Source: Ginglymostoma cirratum (taxonomy: Eukaryota). From it: a stretch of 64,000 bases of DNA. A program made the translations under genes and the position numbers. The DNA is taken from assembly GCA_024137785.1 (NCBI GenBank), contig JAHRHZ010000061.1:2010066-2074065 (forward strand). The letters are read 5' to 3'. Below the pieces are notes generated by a model. That model searched no databases. It was not told the origin of the DNA and worked only from the letters and a program-made list of their open reading frames with translations. The stretch's first letter is position 1. Each line of letters starts with the position of its first letter. This document shows positions 12,581 through 25,830 of the stretch, piece by piece.

Positions 12581-15500
12581 GGTTTTTACTACACCACAGC
12601 TCCAGGTTCAAGATGGTGATGGAGTAGGATGCTCCAGCTGGAGCTCGTCCACTTTACCTGTTTCTCTTCCTCTTAGTGGTTTTTTTTCTCTCCGAGCCTC
12701 CAACAGCACCAGGCCTCTGGCAATGACTCCCAGCCTCCAGTGACTGGTGACCTCCAGGCCTGGTGAATCGGCCTCCCCTGGCAGCCTCCCTGCTGGTGTA
12801 GCGGCCTCCCTGCTGGTGTAGCGGTCTCCCGGCACAGTGCCCTCTCAGCCCAGTGTGGCATCCTTGGCCCAGTGTTGCAATCTGAAGCAATCTCCCAGCC
12901 TCATGATCATCAAGGTGAAGCTTGGCACAGTCTGGAGCCAGACTGGTGCAGACCAGAGGCTAAGGTGCCAGCATGATCTGGGTTGGAAGACCATTGCTCT
13001 GAACTTTTGTTTCTACAACACTTGACATTCTATTTCTCTATTTTCTAAGATCTTGTAACTAAAGAAGCTGTAGCTAAGTGGTGTTGTAAGTGATGACGTA
13101 TAATCTTTTCAGTGTACTCATTGAGTATACGTGACAATATTAAAACTAACACCTGACAGCGCAGGAAGAAGAACAATAATCTCCTGTGCTCCCCAAGGTT
13201 ATGCATCAGCAACTTTTCTATACCACCTCATGCTCCAAGCCCAGCTTATTCATCCTGGAAACCGGCTTCAATGAGGTTCTCTCTGGCTTCTCAGGCTTAA
13301 TAATGCATTAATCTGTTACATTGTCTTGGATGTCTCACCCAGTCAACGTCCTGACTCTCAGACTCAGCTTCGTCCCCAGAAGATTGCTGTTGATCCCCGA
13401 CATCTTCTGAGACATCAGCCCTTCATCAGTTCATGTGGGGAAGGATACTTAATGATGCAGCCTGTGGGTGTAGGCTCTGCTCGATCTCCTCCACCTCCTT
13501 TGTGGTTCTTCACCTGCTGCTGCTCTCTCTGGAGGCTGTGCCGTAGCCAGTGGAGATCGCTGTTCTTGCTGACAATGTTAGCATTGTAAATTCCTTCTTT
13601 CTTTTCTTCACATCTGAAGCAAAGTCACAAGGATTCCAGCCAAGGCCATGTCCATGTCCAATCCGTGAGCAGATAATGTGTGGAGAATGTCACAAAAGTA
13701 GAGACGATTTCATTAATTGTACTCCTGAGCCCTGATATCAATCAAAATGGAATCTTGTATTATATCCTGACACAGTGTGGGCATTGAGGCTTCCCAAGGA
13801 GGTTAATGTCAGTCTCAATAAAAGCTTATTCAAATATACATTGCACAACCAAAGTGTTTGTGGTACATTGTGGGATAGAATTCTGACAGTAAGCCACCTT
13901 GATACTGCCCCCTGCAGAGAAAATATCCTCAGCGATCTTGTCTGGCTCCATTTGCTTAGCTGACATGACGAAAAACAAATTAATGTGAACAACGGGTCCT
14001 GATTGTTTGCAGCCATAGTTTGTAATATTCATTCCTGCACAATGAATGATCTGCCAATGAAGTCCAGATGATGCCAGTTGGTGATACTACTGAATTGGTA
14101 GAGGTATGAATACAATAATTTCTCCGAACATGGCCTTAAATTCAAACAACTTGAACCTGCTCCTGTAGAAAGGAACAGCATTTTACTCAGCCCATTCTGC
14201 AAGTGATGGTAGCCATTTTGTACCATTATTCACCATCTGGCTTTGGATCAAAGGTTTTTTATCCTTGTGTTCTTGTCAGGAATTTCCAGGCCCAGCCTGA
14301 GATATAGAATGATCGCCCTATCCTTAATGTTCCTGTTTGTGTTGCTGACCCTGTGTTCCCAGTGACTGTTCTGCCTCCCCACATTTCTATTCAGCCTATT
14401 TATATAATCATTAATGTCCCCAGTTTATCTCCAGGGCCCAAGAATTTACAAACTGTTTTGTACTTATTGGCATACACTCTCCCTGTGTGGAGGCCAGAGT
14501 GACAGTTACCTATGGAAATTCTGCCTCCTGAAGTTCTCCACTTCTCCTATGCTCAATGAGATCACATATTACCCCGTTTCATTGTAATTATTCCCTCATG
14601 TCCCAGTGTAATGAACAAAATCCCCAGACTTGAGCCTGTTTTCTCCAGGGCTCCATGGAATTCCCCCAGTCATTCATTGTCAAACCCTTTCACTCACTAT
14701 AGACCACACCAAGGATTGATTGGCAGGACAGCCCTGACTGAACACAGCCCCTGGATTGATGTTTCTGCTGCACACTGACTGACCGATTTATAATCCCACG
14801 CTGGTTGCACTTGACCTGCAGGAATAACCGCAACCAAAACCCCAGAGTGGAATCGGATGAATCCCTTGACAAACTGTGCTGATACCCTGTGACTTTTATT
14901 ATAATTTGTTCATGGGAAGTAGGTGTCACTGGCTACGGCAGTATTTATTGCCCATCCTTAATTGCCCAGAAGGCAGTCACCTTGTTGTTGGCCTGGGATC
15001 ACATATAGGAGTTTCCTTCCCCAAAAGGCATTAGGTAAACAACCTGCAGTGCCTTCATAGGCATCATTAGACTTTCGATTTTTGCTAAATTCAAAATTCC
15101 ACCATATGCTGTTGCAGGATTCGAACCTGGGTCACTATCATATTACCTGGGTCTCTGGATTAATACTGTAGCTATAATACCTCAAGGCCTTTGCCTCCCC
15201 ACACTGACTGTTATGCCCCTTGACCCCACTAAAGCCTACTCCCTTTTGGCTTTCAGATGTGCCCATTTGCTTGAAAATGAGCCCACATCTGCAAAAGAAT
15301 AAAAAAAAGTTTGTCACCCCATTAGATGCTGGCAAATGCTACAGCTATGACATTGACATAACACGTATTATAAAATAACATGTCTACCCTCTTGACTATT
15401 CAGCGGTCCCCACTGTAACAAGCTGCCTGACTCTATCTCGGCACAAAACAAATACAAGCCGCAAAGGCTGGCAGTCTACAAGTAAGCACAAAGTGAGTGA

Positions 15501-17043
15501 GTACTAAAAAATTGAGCTAAGCTCAGATTCATGAGCAAATTTGTATGTCCCTATTCACAAAGCAACCTGGAAGAAGCAAGCAAGTTATGGGTGTCTCTGA
15601 GCTCTAAAGACAAGTGTTGAAGGTCTGAAATATGAGTGTGATGGCCTGAGAGTAGATATGATGTTGTGTTGAGACTGATGGTTTACCACTGCCAATCTGT
15701 ATAGATGAAGAATGGAGAAAGATGATGGCCAGGACAAGTAAACAGTGAGCTGCAGCTGCCAAGTACCTACTCTGATTTACAAGTCAGGAATTGGTACTGT
15801 CCAGTTTCTCAGAGAAGGACATGAGGTTTGGAAATTGCACATAAATGAAGCAAGTTGGTGATTTAATGAGGTGCAAATGCATGGAGGGAAGGTAGTCAAT
15901 ATTCACAAGCAAGGTTCTGAGATCTGCTTCAAGCTTAAGGGGAGATTTGGGAATTTTTTTCCCAATGTCAAGATTCCGATTTTTTCATTCTCGCCATATT
16001 TTGCCAACTTTCTCGCCATTGCCCACAATGCAGTAAGGAGTGGAATATTCCACTCTATATAGCAGAGTCCTAGAGTGAGATTGGTTTACACAACATTTTG
16101 ATTCAAAATGAATGATAGAACTAAAGATGGAAGCGTCATGGGTAAGAAACTAATTATTTGTTGACTTACAACATTCAAAAATTCCATTCACTTATAAAAC
16201 AAATTCAGTTTTATGTAATTTCATACAATTTTTGAAGTTACTATTTTTTAGTGTGTTTTAATAACAGAAGCAGATTCTGAACAATTTATTCTATTCCAAA
16301 ATCTTGAATAGCGAGTAGTATGGTTTAATACATTTAAGAATTAATGTACTTTTCATTTATGAAACACTAGGTTTAATTAACAACACAAGAATCTTTAGCC
16401 CATCTATTTAACTGTGTGGAGAGAAAACAAAGCAGCATTTGTATATATTGAGTTTGTGTGGTCTGCTGTGGCTTCAGTCGTTATTCTGTTCTTGATCTGC
16501 ATTTTGTGAGAAATAATGCTGTTCCTTTCAAATGAATTAAAACCAGCCGTAGTCTAAATAAACCACCATGTGCTAATACATTAAGCTGTTAATATTAGCT
16601 GCATCCTCATTAAATGAAATAAAGATAAACTGAAACTTTGACTTGGTTTCATTGTTACTCCAATTAAGTGGTAACAGTGTCATCAACTGAATCGTGCCCC
16701 TGACTCCGAATAAAAAATATAATCCTTACATCAGTTTCAAAGCATCTCAGGAATCCGCTTTGGTTACTTAATAGAGGAGCAGTCAGATCTGGTATTTCAG
16801 AATGGGCCATGACAACGTGGTAGGTTTCGATGAATGCCTGGGGATTTAGTGCATCCTTTTACACTTTGTTTTGTTTGTCTAAGTCAGCTTTATAGCACAG
16901 GTCACACGGTAAACATTATGTAATACTCGTCAAGCTGTTTCCAAATCTCACAAAGTAATAATTGACGAAGCAGTAAAAATAAATGACCAGGCAGAGTCAT
17001 TACTGGATATTAAAGATCTAATAATATTACAATTGATTTTCAG

Positions 17044-17349
17044 CTCAGCCAACCGTCCAGTTAATTGAAAAGACTCAGCCTTACCCTAATGAAGGGAGAG
17101 AGTTAATCTGCACATCACTGGAGTTCTACCCTGATGACATTCAAGTGTCCTGGTTTAAAGATGGACAACGGATCACCAATGGCATTAAGAATGGGACTCT
17201 CTATACTAACAATGACGGCTCATTCTCCATCACAAGTGCCCTGAATCTTTCTGTGCTTGAGTGGAACGAAGGTGAAATGTATTCCTGTCAGGTGAACCAC
17301 TCAACACTGCCTGCACCAATCACTGAAAGGATTTGTGTTAGTTATCCTG
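17044..17349 (+). CDS. IgSF receptor, C1-set constant domain exon
   Basis: Acceptor gattttcag| and donor G|gtaaga, phases 1/1, 306 nt. Motifs LICTSLEFYPDDIQVSW, NNDGSFS and YSCQVNH are C1-set signatures. There is an extra Cys in ERICVSYP. Confidence 0.92.
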
Positions 17350-19444
17350 GTAAGAATACTTGTGTGTTCGATCATATAGTTAGTAATAAACATAACACCT
17401 TACTGGATGGTTTCATGCTTCAACTACTGGTTAGTATTTACTTGTCAGCATTCTTGGCATCACTCTACATTGCAAACCAGCTGTCCAGCCAATTGAGCTG
17501 ACCAGGGGAACAAAGGGTTTTGTGATTCGGTGGTAGTGCCCATTCCTCTGGGCCAGTAAGTCCAGGTTCAAGTCTCACCTGTTGTCCTGAAGGTGTGTCA
17601 AACACTTTGAGATATCTCTTTTTATAGAGTACAAGGTATGGAATCTAGTGTGGAAGGAGCTGTAAGACTGAGTAGTTAATAAACTGTTAATAAGCTGGTT
17701 TCTGTCACACTGACGGGCTTGAATTAAAATCATCATTGGTCGAAGATGATTGCCTAAAGAAGGAAGATAATCAGTAGAGTCACTCCAGAGAAGAATAGCT
17801 GAAACTTTGTGCATATGACTTTCCAAAGACATTTGTGAAGCTGAACTTTATGATGTATGAAAAATGAAGTTGACATACAGACATGAATTACATCTTTGCT
17901 AAGAAAAAGACCATACATGACCTTGGCATGTTACTTCCCACTTAAAAAAATTAGACGTAAAGTGTTCTCAATATTAAAGGTTCAATAGTTGGACATTGAG
18001 GAAGGTTTGGAAATTCTATTAAAATTTATGAACAAAATGGATAAGAAGGATGACATATTAAATGCACATGAGCCATGGCCAGCCTTCGATAAATTTAGAA
18101 AACAGGATGGATATTCTGTGGAAGGATACAGATTTGAATTTATCAAACTATATACAATATTTCAAAAAATTCCATTTGGCGATGCCTAATTCAATGCTTG
18201 CCTTAAATTTTTGGAAACAAACAAAAACAGAAATTGCTGGAGAAACTCAGCAGATCTGGCAGCATCTGTAGAGAAAAAGCAGTGTGAACATTTCAAGTCC
18301 TGTAACCCTTCTTCAGGACTATTGAACTAAATGGTTGGACTGTGCTAAGGTGCCAAGTGAGGATAGAGATAGAGTTTGAGAAAGACACAAACGTTTGGAC
18401 TAGGTGTCAGAAGCCTTAAAATATTACTGGGCAAATATTCTCTGCCTTCGTAGCTCAAGTGGGACCTTCAGCATTAACACAAATAATAGAGGATTCAATG
18501 GTGGTAGCAAAGCCAGATCACCCAGATATATGTCTGAAGCATCAACACAAAAGAGAGTCAAGCTAACCAGACAGAGGATAGGAATGCCTCTTGCAATCAC
18601 AATGCAGTTGGCAGGAACTGGGGGTGATCCTCAGGAATGGCTGGAGTATGGTTAACAGGTGTATTAAATAAGACTTGAAATACAATTAAACAATAAATGA
18701 TCCTGAATGGAATGACAAGGTTTACGAAAGTATGTATTACACGACATGTTTAGAGGGGTTGACGATATAGGGAACTGGACTAGTTACAAGGGTTAAAATT
18801 GTAGCTTGACCTGCTGTGTTCATCCAGCCCCATGCTTGTTATCTTGGACTAGTTACAAGAAGCTTTAGCCCAATAATGAATATTTTAGTTGCAGAATCAT
18901 TCAGTTGTGCTGTGTTTGGCAGTGAATGCATGCCCATTGTGTATTTGGTAGATTGGTTAGAATGTTACATAGATTACTTAAATAATAATGACTAAATAAA
19001 CTAAAGTTAAATTACAGGATTTGACGATTCTACTTGCTTTAGTTTTGAGCATGACTGTGTGCTGGAACTATTAAAGAGAGTGGTACTTCCCTGTGAAATA
19101 GCTGGGATAAACCACTTTGTCAGCACAAATGAATTGCAAAGTGAAACACCCTTCTGTTCAGCAGGCCATCTATGAAAAAGACTACATAAAACTGCACATT
19201 GAACAAGACAAGGTAATTGATTCTGGAAATATCAACGGATTTACAGTTTTCACAATCCTATCATTAGTACATGCCTTTAACAAGCCCCAACTCTAATCAA
19301 AATATTATGATATAATGAAAATATATTCCAGGTGTTATTGGGCATCAGGGGATAGGATTTTAAACAATAAAAGATTAATTACCTGAAAACTACAATTGCA
19401 GTTTGCTCATCCATCTCCTCAAATTGTAATAACAATCCAAGAAT

Positions 19445-19573
19445 CTGATGAAGGGTTTAGGCCCGAAACGTCAAGTTTTCCTGCTCCTATGATGCTGCTT
19501 GACCTGCTGTGTTCATCCAGCCCCATGCTTGTTATCTCGGATTCTCCAGCATCTGCAGTACCTTTTATCTCTG
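19445..19573 (+). mobile_element. Solo Penelope-terminus cassette with intact hammerhead core (19445-19472)
   Basis: CTGATGA-A-GGGTTTAGGCCC-GAAA-CG-TC. TSD atccaagaat / atacaagaat (19435-19444 / 19574-19583). Confidence 0.75.
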
Positions 19574-21777
19574 ATACAAGAATAAGGGAAGTTGAGTACA
19601 CTAAACCTACACAAGAGATCAGCAATAGGTGTGATTTGTGTAAAGAAACAGAGGAGCTTGCCACCCATAAGGGTGTTTCCTGTTAGCAAGAAGCTTTAAA
19701 GATATTGTGACAATCTTGAATGTATAGGATGAGTGAAAAACATTTTCAAACTGCACTTTGTGGATACGGCAATTAGATTTAGTCAGTCCGTATTAACATA
19801 CGGTAAATTGAAAAGAATAATTGTGGGTGAGGTAATGGAGAAAAGGATAGGGACTGCATTAGGGGGTCACTGGCAAAGTTGTAATTGATAATGCAGGAAG
19901 GGATGGCATTTGCCAGGAATGAACTTAGGAATGTGTATGAGAACTTTTAAAAAAAGACCACCAAGGCATCTCAAGCTGTTTTACTTTATTGGCTTTGAGC
20001 AGTCTGCTCGGTGCCTCTGTCACAACCTTTCTTCACAAAAGAAACAGGACAATGAACACCTCTTAGAGCCTTAGTATCGTCACACACCAAACAGTGTGCA
20101 TTCTCATATGTTGGACAATTATGAAATCATAATATGGCAGATGAAGGGCTGACTGAATAGGGATAAAGTGATATGTAGATGTACAACAAGGGTATTTGCT
20201 CGAAGAAAGTTCTGAAACTTGGCACAAAAATAACATTAATGCCATGGCATTATAGGGCCATCTTTATAGGGAAAGCACGGAAAGCCACTGGAAAATACAA
20301 ACTTTGGCTAAAGTGCAAGATGAGGGACAGAAGACAATGTCCATTGATTGACAAAATGAGATACAGATGTGAAAGTCCAGAAAATGCAGCCCTGAAAATA
20401 GATCTGAAGTGAACACGGCCCAAGGAAAAGATTGTGAAATTGCAAAAGGGATTCTCATCACTGGACAGGAAATCTTTTAGCAGCAGTGTGTAGCCAGATA
20501 GGAGGATGAGGAGACAATATGGTTTGACAAGAGCAGGGACTATAGAAGAGGTTGGGAATAACACAAGACACATAAACCTTAAGATCACGCAGTTTTAGTG
20601 ACGGCAAAGAAATTTGAGGGTAAGTTAATAAAAAGAAACAAAAAAGGTTGAAGAGCTGGAGAGAACTTGTTGTATATCCTGCAGTACTAGATTGGGAACA
20701 GTTTAAAGATTCTGAGGAGGCTTGACAGTTATGATGTTTTGGAAATGAAGGCTATAATGAAATGTGCACCTGTTGTTCAGATGTTGAGAGTAAATGAACA
20801 TTAAAGAAAGCAAATTTAGAAAAATACACACTCAAGTTTCCAGCCTTGGGTGATCCAGCAAATATGAAGCTGATGCCTTTTAGAAATGCTTCACATGTCA
20901 ATCTTGCAGATGGCTATTTCTGTATGGCAAGGCTATCATATCCCTAGTGGGAAAGATGAATATTTTTTATTATTCATTCAGTGGACAGGCCAATATTTAT
21001 TGTCCATGCCTAGTTGCCCCAGCTGCCTTCTGGAACTCTGCAGCCTATTTGGTGTAGATACACCTATAGTGCTGTTAGGGGTAGACTCCCAGGATTTAGA
21101 CCCAGGCACGATGAGAGTATTTCATCTTCTGACTTGTAACTTTTAGATTGTTGACAGATTTTGGGGAGTCAGGAAGTGAATTACTCACTGCAGGATTCCT
21201 AACCTCCAACTTGCTTTTGTAGCCACAGTATATATCAGTGGTAAGCCCCAGAATATTGATTGTGGGGATTCAGTGATGGTAACAGCATTGAATGTCAAAG
21301 GGTGAAGGTTAGGTTCTCTTGTTGGAGTTGGTCATTGCCTGCTACCCGCGTGGTGCTAACTTTGTCTACTGGCTTGGGAAGCCAAGAAAATAAAAAGAGT
21401 AGTTGAAGGTATCTTGGTAACTGAAAACTGGCCATTGTTTGATATATAGATACGGGACGTATTTAGCCAATATTCTGAAGGATATCCTATTCAGGAGGCA
21501 GCCTGAGTAAAGTTTGCCCATAGAATATTTTGTGGATTCTCTTTGGGACTGTCAAGACTATTTTCATTCGTTCATGGGGTGTGGGTTGTTGACATGACCT
21601 TGCCAACTTAAAGGCAATATTACAAAGAAAATAAATTTACAAAATAAATATTTTAACACAAGTTACCAATTGTCAAACAGACTATTTCACTAAAGATTGT
21701 GTTTACCTTAAGTAATTATTGGACATCTTCAAAGAGAGGTGCCTGTTAGTATGTGGAATTATTAACAAACTGAAAGT

Positions 21778-22675
21778 CTCCATGACTCCCTCGTCCACTC
21801 CGCACTCCCCACTAGCCCCACCACATCCGGCACTTTTCCCTGCAACTGCAGGAACTGCTACACCTGCCCCTACACCTCCCCCCTCACACCCATCTCAGGC
21901 CCCAAGAAAACCTTCCACATCAAACAGATGTTCACCTGCAAGTCTGCTAATGTGGTATACTGTATCTGCTGTTCCCGATGTGGCCTCGTCTACATCGGGG
22001 AAACCAAGCGGAGGCTGGGAGACTGCTTTGTGGAACACCTACCCTCGCTTCGCAACAAGCGACTGCACCTCCCAGTCGCAAACCATTTCAACTCCCCCTC
22101 CCGCTCCTTGGACGACATGTCCATCCTGGGTCTCCTGCAGTGCCACAACGATGCCACCTGAATGTTGCAGGAACAGCACCTCATATTTCGCTTGGGAACC
22201 CTGCAGCCCAATGGTCACAATGTGTGGACTTCACAAGCTTCAAAATCTCCCCATCTCCGACCTCATCCCAAAACCAGCCCAGCTCGTCCCCGCCTCCTTA
22301 ACCTGTCCATCCTTCCTCCCACCTATCCACTCCTTCCACCTCAAGCTGCACCCCCACCTCCTACCTACCAGCCTTATCCCCGCCTCCTTGACCTGTCCAT
22401 CCTTCCTGGACTGATCTATCCCCACCCTAACTCCCCACCTACACTCACCTTTACTGGCTCCATCCCCGCCTCCTTGATCTGTCCGTCTTCTCTCCACCTA
22501 TCTGCTCCTTTATCCACCTTCCATCATCACCTCCCCCCTCCCTCTCTATTTATTCCAGAGTCCCCTTCCCCTCCCCAATTTCTGAAGAAGGGTCCAGACG
22601 CGAAACATCAGCCTTCCTGCTTCTCTGATGCTGCCTGGCCTGCTGTGTTCATCCATCTCCACACCGTGTTATCTC
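21778..22675 (+). mobile_element. 5'-truncated Penelope-like element (GIY-YIG endonuclease, pyrimidine-rich tail, terminal hammerhead module)
   Basis: NVVYCICCSRCGLVYIGETKRRL...EH GIY-YIG motif, premature TGA at 22159, and CTGAAGA...GAAA at about 22582-22605. Confidence 0.88.
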
Positions 22676-23280
22676 CGAAAACCATCAATGTTTGTGTAGG
22701 TTATTGTGCTTTATTTGTTTTGTTTTGTTTTAAGAAAGTGTGAGGTAAACATTTCAATCAACCTTTTCTGATGTGATATGACACACCACCGAAGCAGCTG
22801 AGACTGAAATGTTGGTCTTCTGGAAGAAAGGGATAAATGGGGTCTTTATTCTGTTATAGGGAACATGATAACATACAACCAATCAATAACAGCATTATAA
22901 TGCAGATACAAAATAGGAAAAAAACCCATTTTTTCTTTCATTAGCTTTGTTTAAGGATTGTGTACCTTCGAAGATTTTGATTTTGATTTAAAAAGGGGAA
23001 TCTGTTAATATAGAATGCAGCTAAATAGTGTATAGCTAAACAAGTGATTGGAGTTACTTGATTACTTCATTGACAGGACTGTAAGATTGAAGAGTTAATA
23101 AACTCTGTCCATAAAGAAATGTATTTTTATTTCAGTCTCACTGACTGGCCTGGATCCAAATTGATATTGTGGAGACAAAGCTCCGTTAAAGACAATGCGC
23201 TGATAATGGAATGGTATGATTTCAATGTGTGCCTACCAATGAATTGTGAAATGTAATGTTTCATCATCAAATCTTCACAG

Positions 23281-23390
23281 ATGGAAGGCCTGACAGAATT
23301 GTTACGTGGGCAATAATAGTAAGATTGATGATCCTTGCTATGGCCACACTGATTGCAATGGCAGCATTTCTATCATATTTCAGATCTCAT
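23281..23390 (+). CDS. IgSF receptor, transmembrane exon (DGRPDRIVTWAIIVRLMILAMATLIAMAAFLSYFRSH)
   Basis: Acceptor atcttcacag| and donor |gtaagt. Phase 1 entry is in frame with C1. Long hydrophobic helix containing one Arg. Confidence 0.85.
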
Positions 23391-24153
23391 GTAAGTACTC
23401 TCGTTTAAATGACATGTTATGAAACAAGTGTCACACCTGCTTTGTCAACAGGTTTCTTCCAAGATCAGTGAGCACAGGTATTGTATGATTTTGAAAATTT
23501 TTCAATTTGTATTTTTGTGGATTATTTGTTGACAACTCTTGCTTCCGAGATAACAGCACAGACTAACCAACCTCTCCCCAAGTTTATTTGCAATATTGTT
23601 TCTTTCAGATAGATGTTTGGTTGTATTCCATTAGAATTAGTTTTTCCTAAACCCACAAATTCACAAGTCAACCTAAAATACATGTATGTTTTCTATCAGT
23701 TTGGCTCTTGACAGTGTGTGAATAATTCTAGGTAAGAAAAATGTTCCAATCCGCCCATCATCGTCCTGTTATCATACTGAATAATATCTTCAAAAGTGAA
23801 ATAGATCAATAGCTCATCATAAAAAGTGATGAGTAAATGTTGAATGCAATAGGTCATCTTAGACGCACTGAGTGATTTTTATTTCATCAAACAGTTAAAG
23901 AAACAAGAGAGACTGCACAATGAAGTAAATTGTGCCCAATGGAACGTCATTGATGTCTGAACAGCTCTCGTCATTGTGTTCTTTGAGGTAAATATTCCTC
24001 CTTTGACTTTTCTCTTTTGGCAAACATTCACTAAATTAGTGAATGTAATGAAACCTACACTATATACAATGACCTTTTTTTGCAAACATCATCAGAAAAT
24101 TTAATATTTAACTCATTTGTTTTACAGGTGTGATTTCTGATCTTTGATTGTAG

Positions 24154-24185
24154 AGGTTGTTCAAAATTCTGTCCAGAAAATGCTC
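24154..24185 (+). CDS. Candidate cytoplasmic mini-exon (RLFKILSRKC)
   Basis: ttgattgtag|...|gtaagg, 32 nt. Preserves frame only together with 26627-26636. Confidence 0.3.
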
Positions 24186-25449
24186 GTAAGGTCTTTATGA
24201 TCAGTCTGAGGTATAGTCACTGCGAAATGTAAAAACATAACCCCACCCATTATGTAGCCTGTATTCTGGTGGGTGAATTAGTATCAGGCAGCCTGCCCCA
24301 TCCTTAGGCCTACTGAGATCTGTAAGCTGCCAACTAAATGTCACTTACAGACCTTATTCTACTTTCCCTGTCTGAATGCGTTCAGCAGTTTAGGGTGGGG
24401 TTGGGGAAGAAGGAAAATGGCCATCCCACAACTTCACCAACTTGGGCAAAAGGGCAGGAAGGATGAGAGTTTCCTCCTTTGTGATATATCCTGTGCCCAT
24501 CAGGGACAATCCCACCACCCTCCAATACCTCTTTGTGCCTCCCCACCTCTGTATGTAAACCCTAACCACCACCTCCCTGCTCATTAGGAACCAATATCCC
24601 ACCCCCACTTCATTAATGCTGCCCCTGGCTTTTTATCGACTTCTTGACTAGGGTGGTGATGGTATGGAGGGGGCACAGAATATGCCACCTCACAACTGCA
24701 AAATCCATATCAGTAATTTAGAGACAGAAACAGAAATTACTGCAGAAACTTAGCAGGTCTGGGCAGCATCTGTGAGGGGAAGCAGAGTTAACAGTTCAGG
24801 TTCAGTTACCTTTCTTCAGTTCATGCTACCAGAACTGCCGAATTTCCTCAGGAATTTCCCTCTGTGGTTTGGATTTCCAGCACCCATATTTCTTTGGTTT
24901 TAGTGACGTTGATTGGTGGATCAATATTGGTCAAGGCACTGAGGAAGGTCTTGTTTCATTCTTTTACATGCACTGTGCAGAGCAGATGGTGCATTGGTTA
25001 ACGTCAGGAACTGAAAGATGGCACCTTGAATGGTACAGCACTCCAACAGGACTATCTTCAGTTTCTACACTAGAGTATTTGCTAATGGAGTTTGGAAAGG
25101 GCCCAAGATCCCCAGCAGCTGTGCTACTTATTAATTCAAAAAGGTTTTAAATGTTGCTGTTATGTGCAGCTTTGACACAGTCTGCCCATCATTCTTGTTG
25201 GATAAGTGGGCCCTCTAGACACTTCTATAGGCTAATTCAGGAAAAATCATTGCCTGATGATTATTGCTGACAGTCTGGATTAGGATTCTCTTTTGACTGT
25301 AACACAAAAACTGAAATCTTAGCCCAGTATTTATTGCTGGTGAACCAATTCAGGAGATTAATGCAAAAGAAAACAACTATCATTACCTGACTTTCAATGT
25401 TGATCTACCTTTGAGTGTCAGTTGTATCAGGTACTGCAGGTACATCACA

Positions 25450-25830
25450 GAATCATAAAAGTGTTATGGCACAGTAGGAGGCCATTCAGCCCGCACCAGC
25501 TCTTCAAACAAGCCGTGTTTCCTCGGGTCAATCTCCTGCTTTCTCCACACACCCTTCCATACTATCCCTATCCAAATAATCATCCAAAACCCTCTTGAAT
25601 TCCTCAAATGAACCTGCCTCCATATTACTTCCAGCAAGGGCATTCCATATCCTAACTACTCATCACCTGAAAAAAATTTTTTTTTTTATATAATCACATC
25701 GCCCTCGTTTGTTTTGCACAATATTTCAACCAGGTGCAGCCATTCTTATTACATGATTGAGCAGGAACAACTTCCCTCTATCCATTCGACCCAGCCAATC
25801 CATAGTCCATAATTTTAAAATCCTCTGTTG
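25450..25830 (-). mobile_element. CR1 LINE 3' end, decayed
   Basis: Reverse-complement CR1 tail (ggaggccattcagccc) and ORF2 remnants. Confidence 0.6.

Larger units (their letters stand above)
17625..23165 (+). mobile_element. Decayed Ty1/Copia-type (GalEa-like) LTR retrotransposon with both LTR remnants
   Basis: Domain remnants in order: gag (EGLEILLKFMNKMDKKDD...EFIKLY), protease (CAVFGSEC...WLECY), integrase zinc finger (KLQLQFAHP...CDLC), start of RT, RNase H (NASHVNLADG; LAWEAKKIKRVV). PPT aaaaaggggaa at 22990-23000, then TG at 23003. Shared LTR motifs lie near 17660-17730 and 23080-23160. Boundaries are approximate. Confidence 0.7.

Noticed and set aside
12770-12830. 20-bp tandem repeat gcctccctgctggtgtagcg
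   Set aside because: Only about two units with no spacers. It is a local slippage within a repeat, not a CRISPR array or functional array.
17044-17349. Interpretation as a TCR, IgNAR or Ig heavy-chain locus
   Set aside because: There is a single joined VJ, a single C1, no RSS or J cluster, and the TM lacks the conserved antigen-receptor transmembrane motif.
21719-22743. Long Pro/Ser-rich ORFs (231 aa and 193 aa)
   Set aside because: These are alternative frames and the pyrimidine-rich tail of the Penelope element, not host genes.
23136-23213. Exon-like segment (tttatttcag...gtatga) before the TM exon
   Set aside because: There is an in-frame TGA after 8 codons in the required phase, and it overlaps the LTR remnant.
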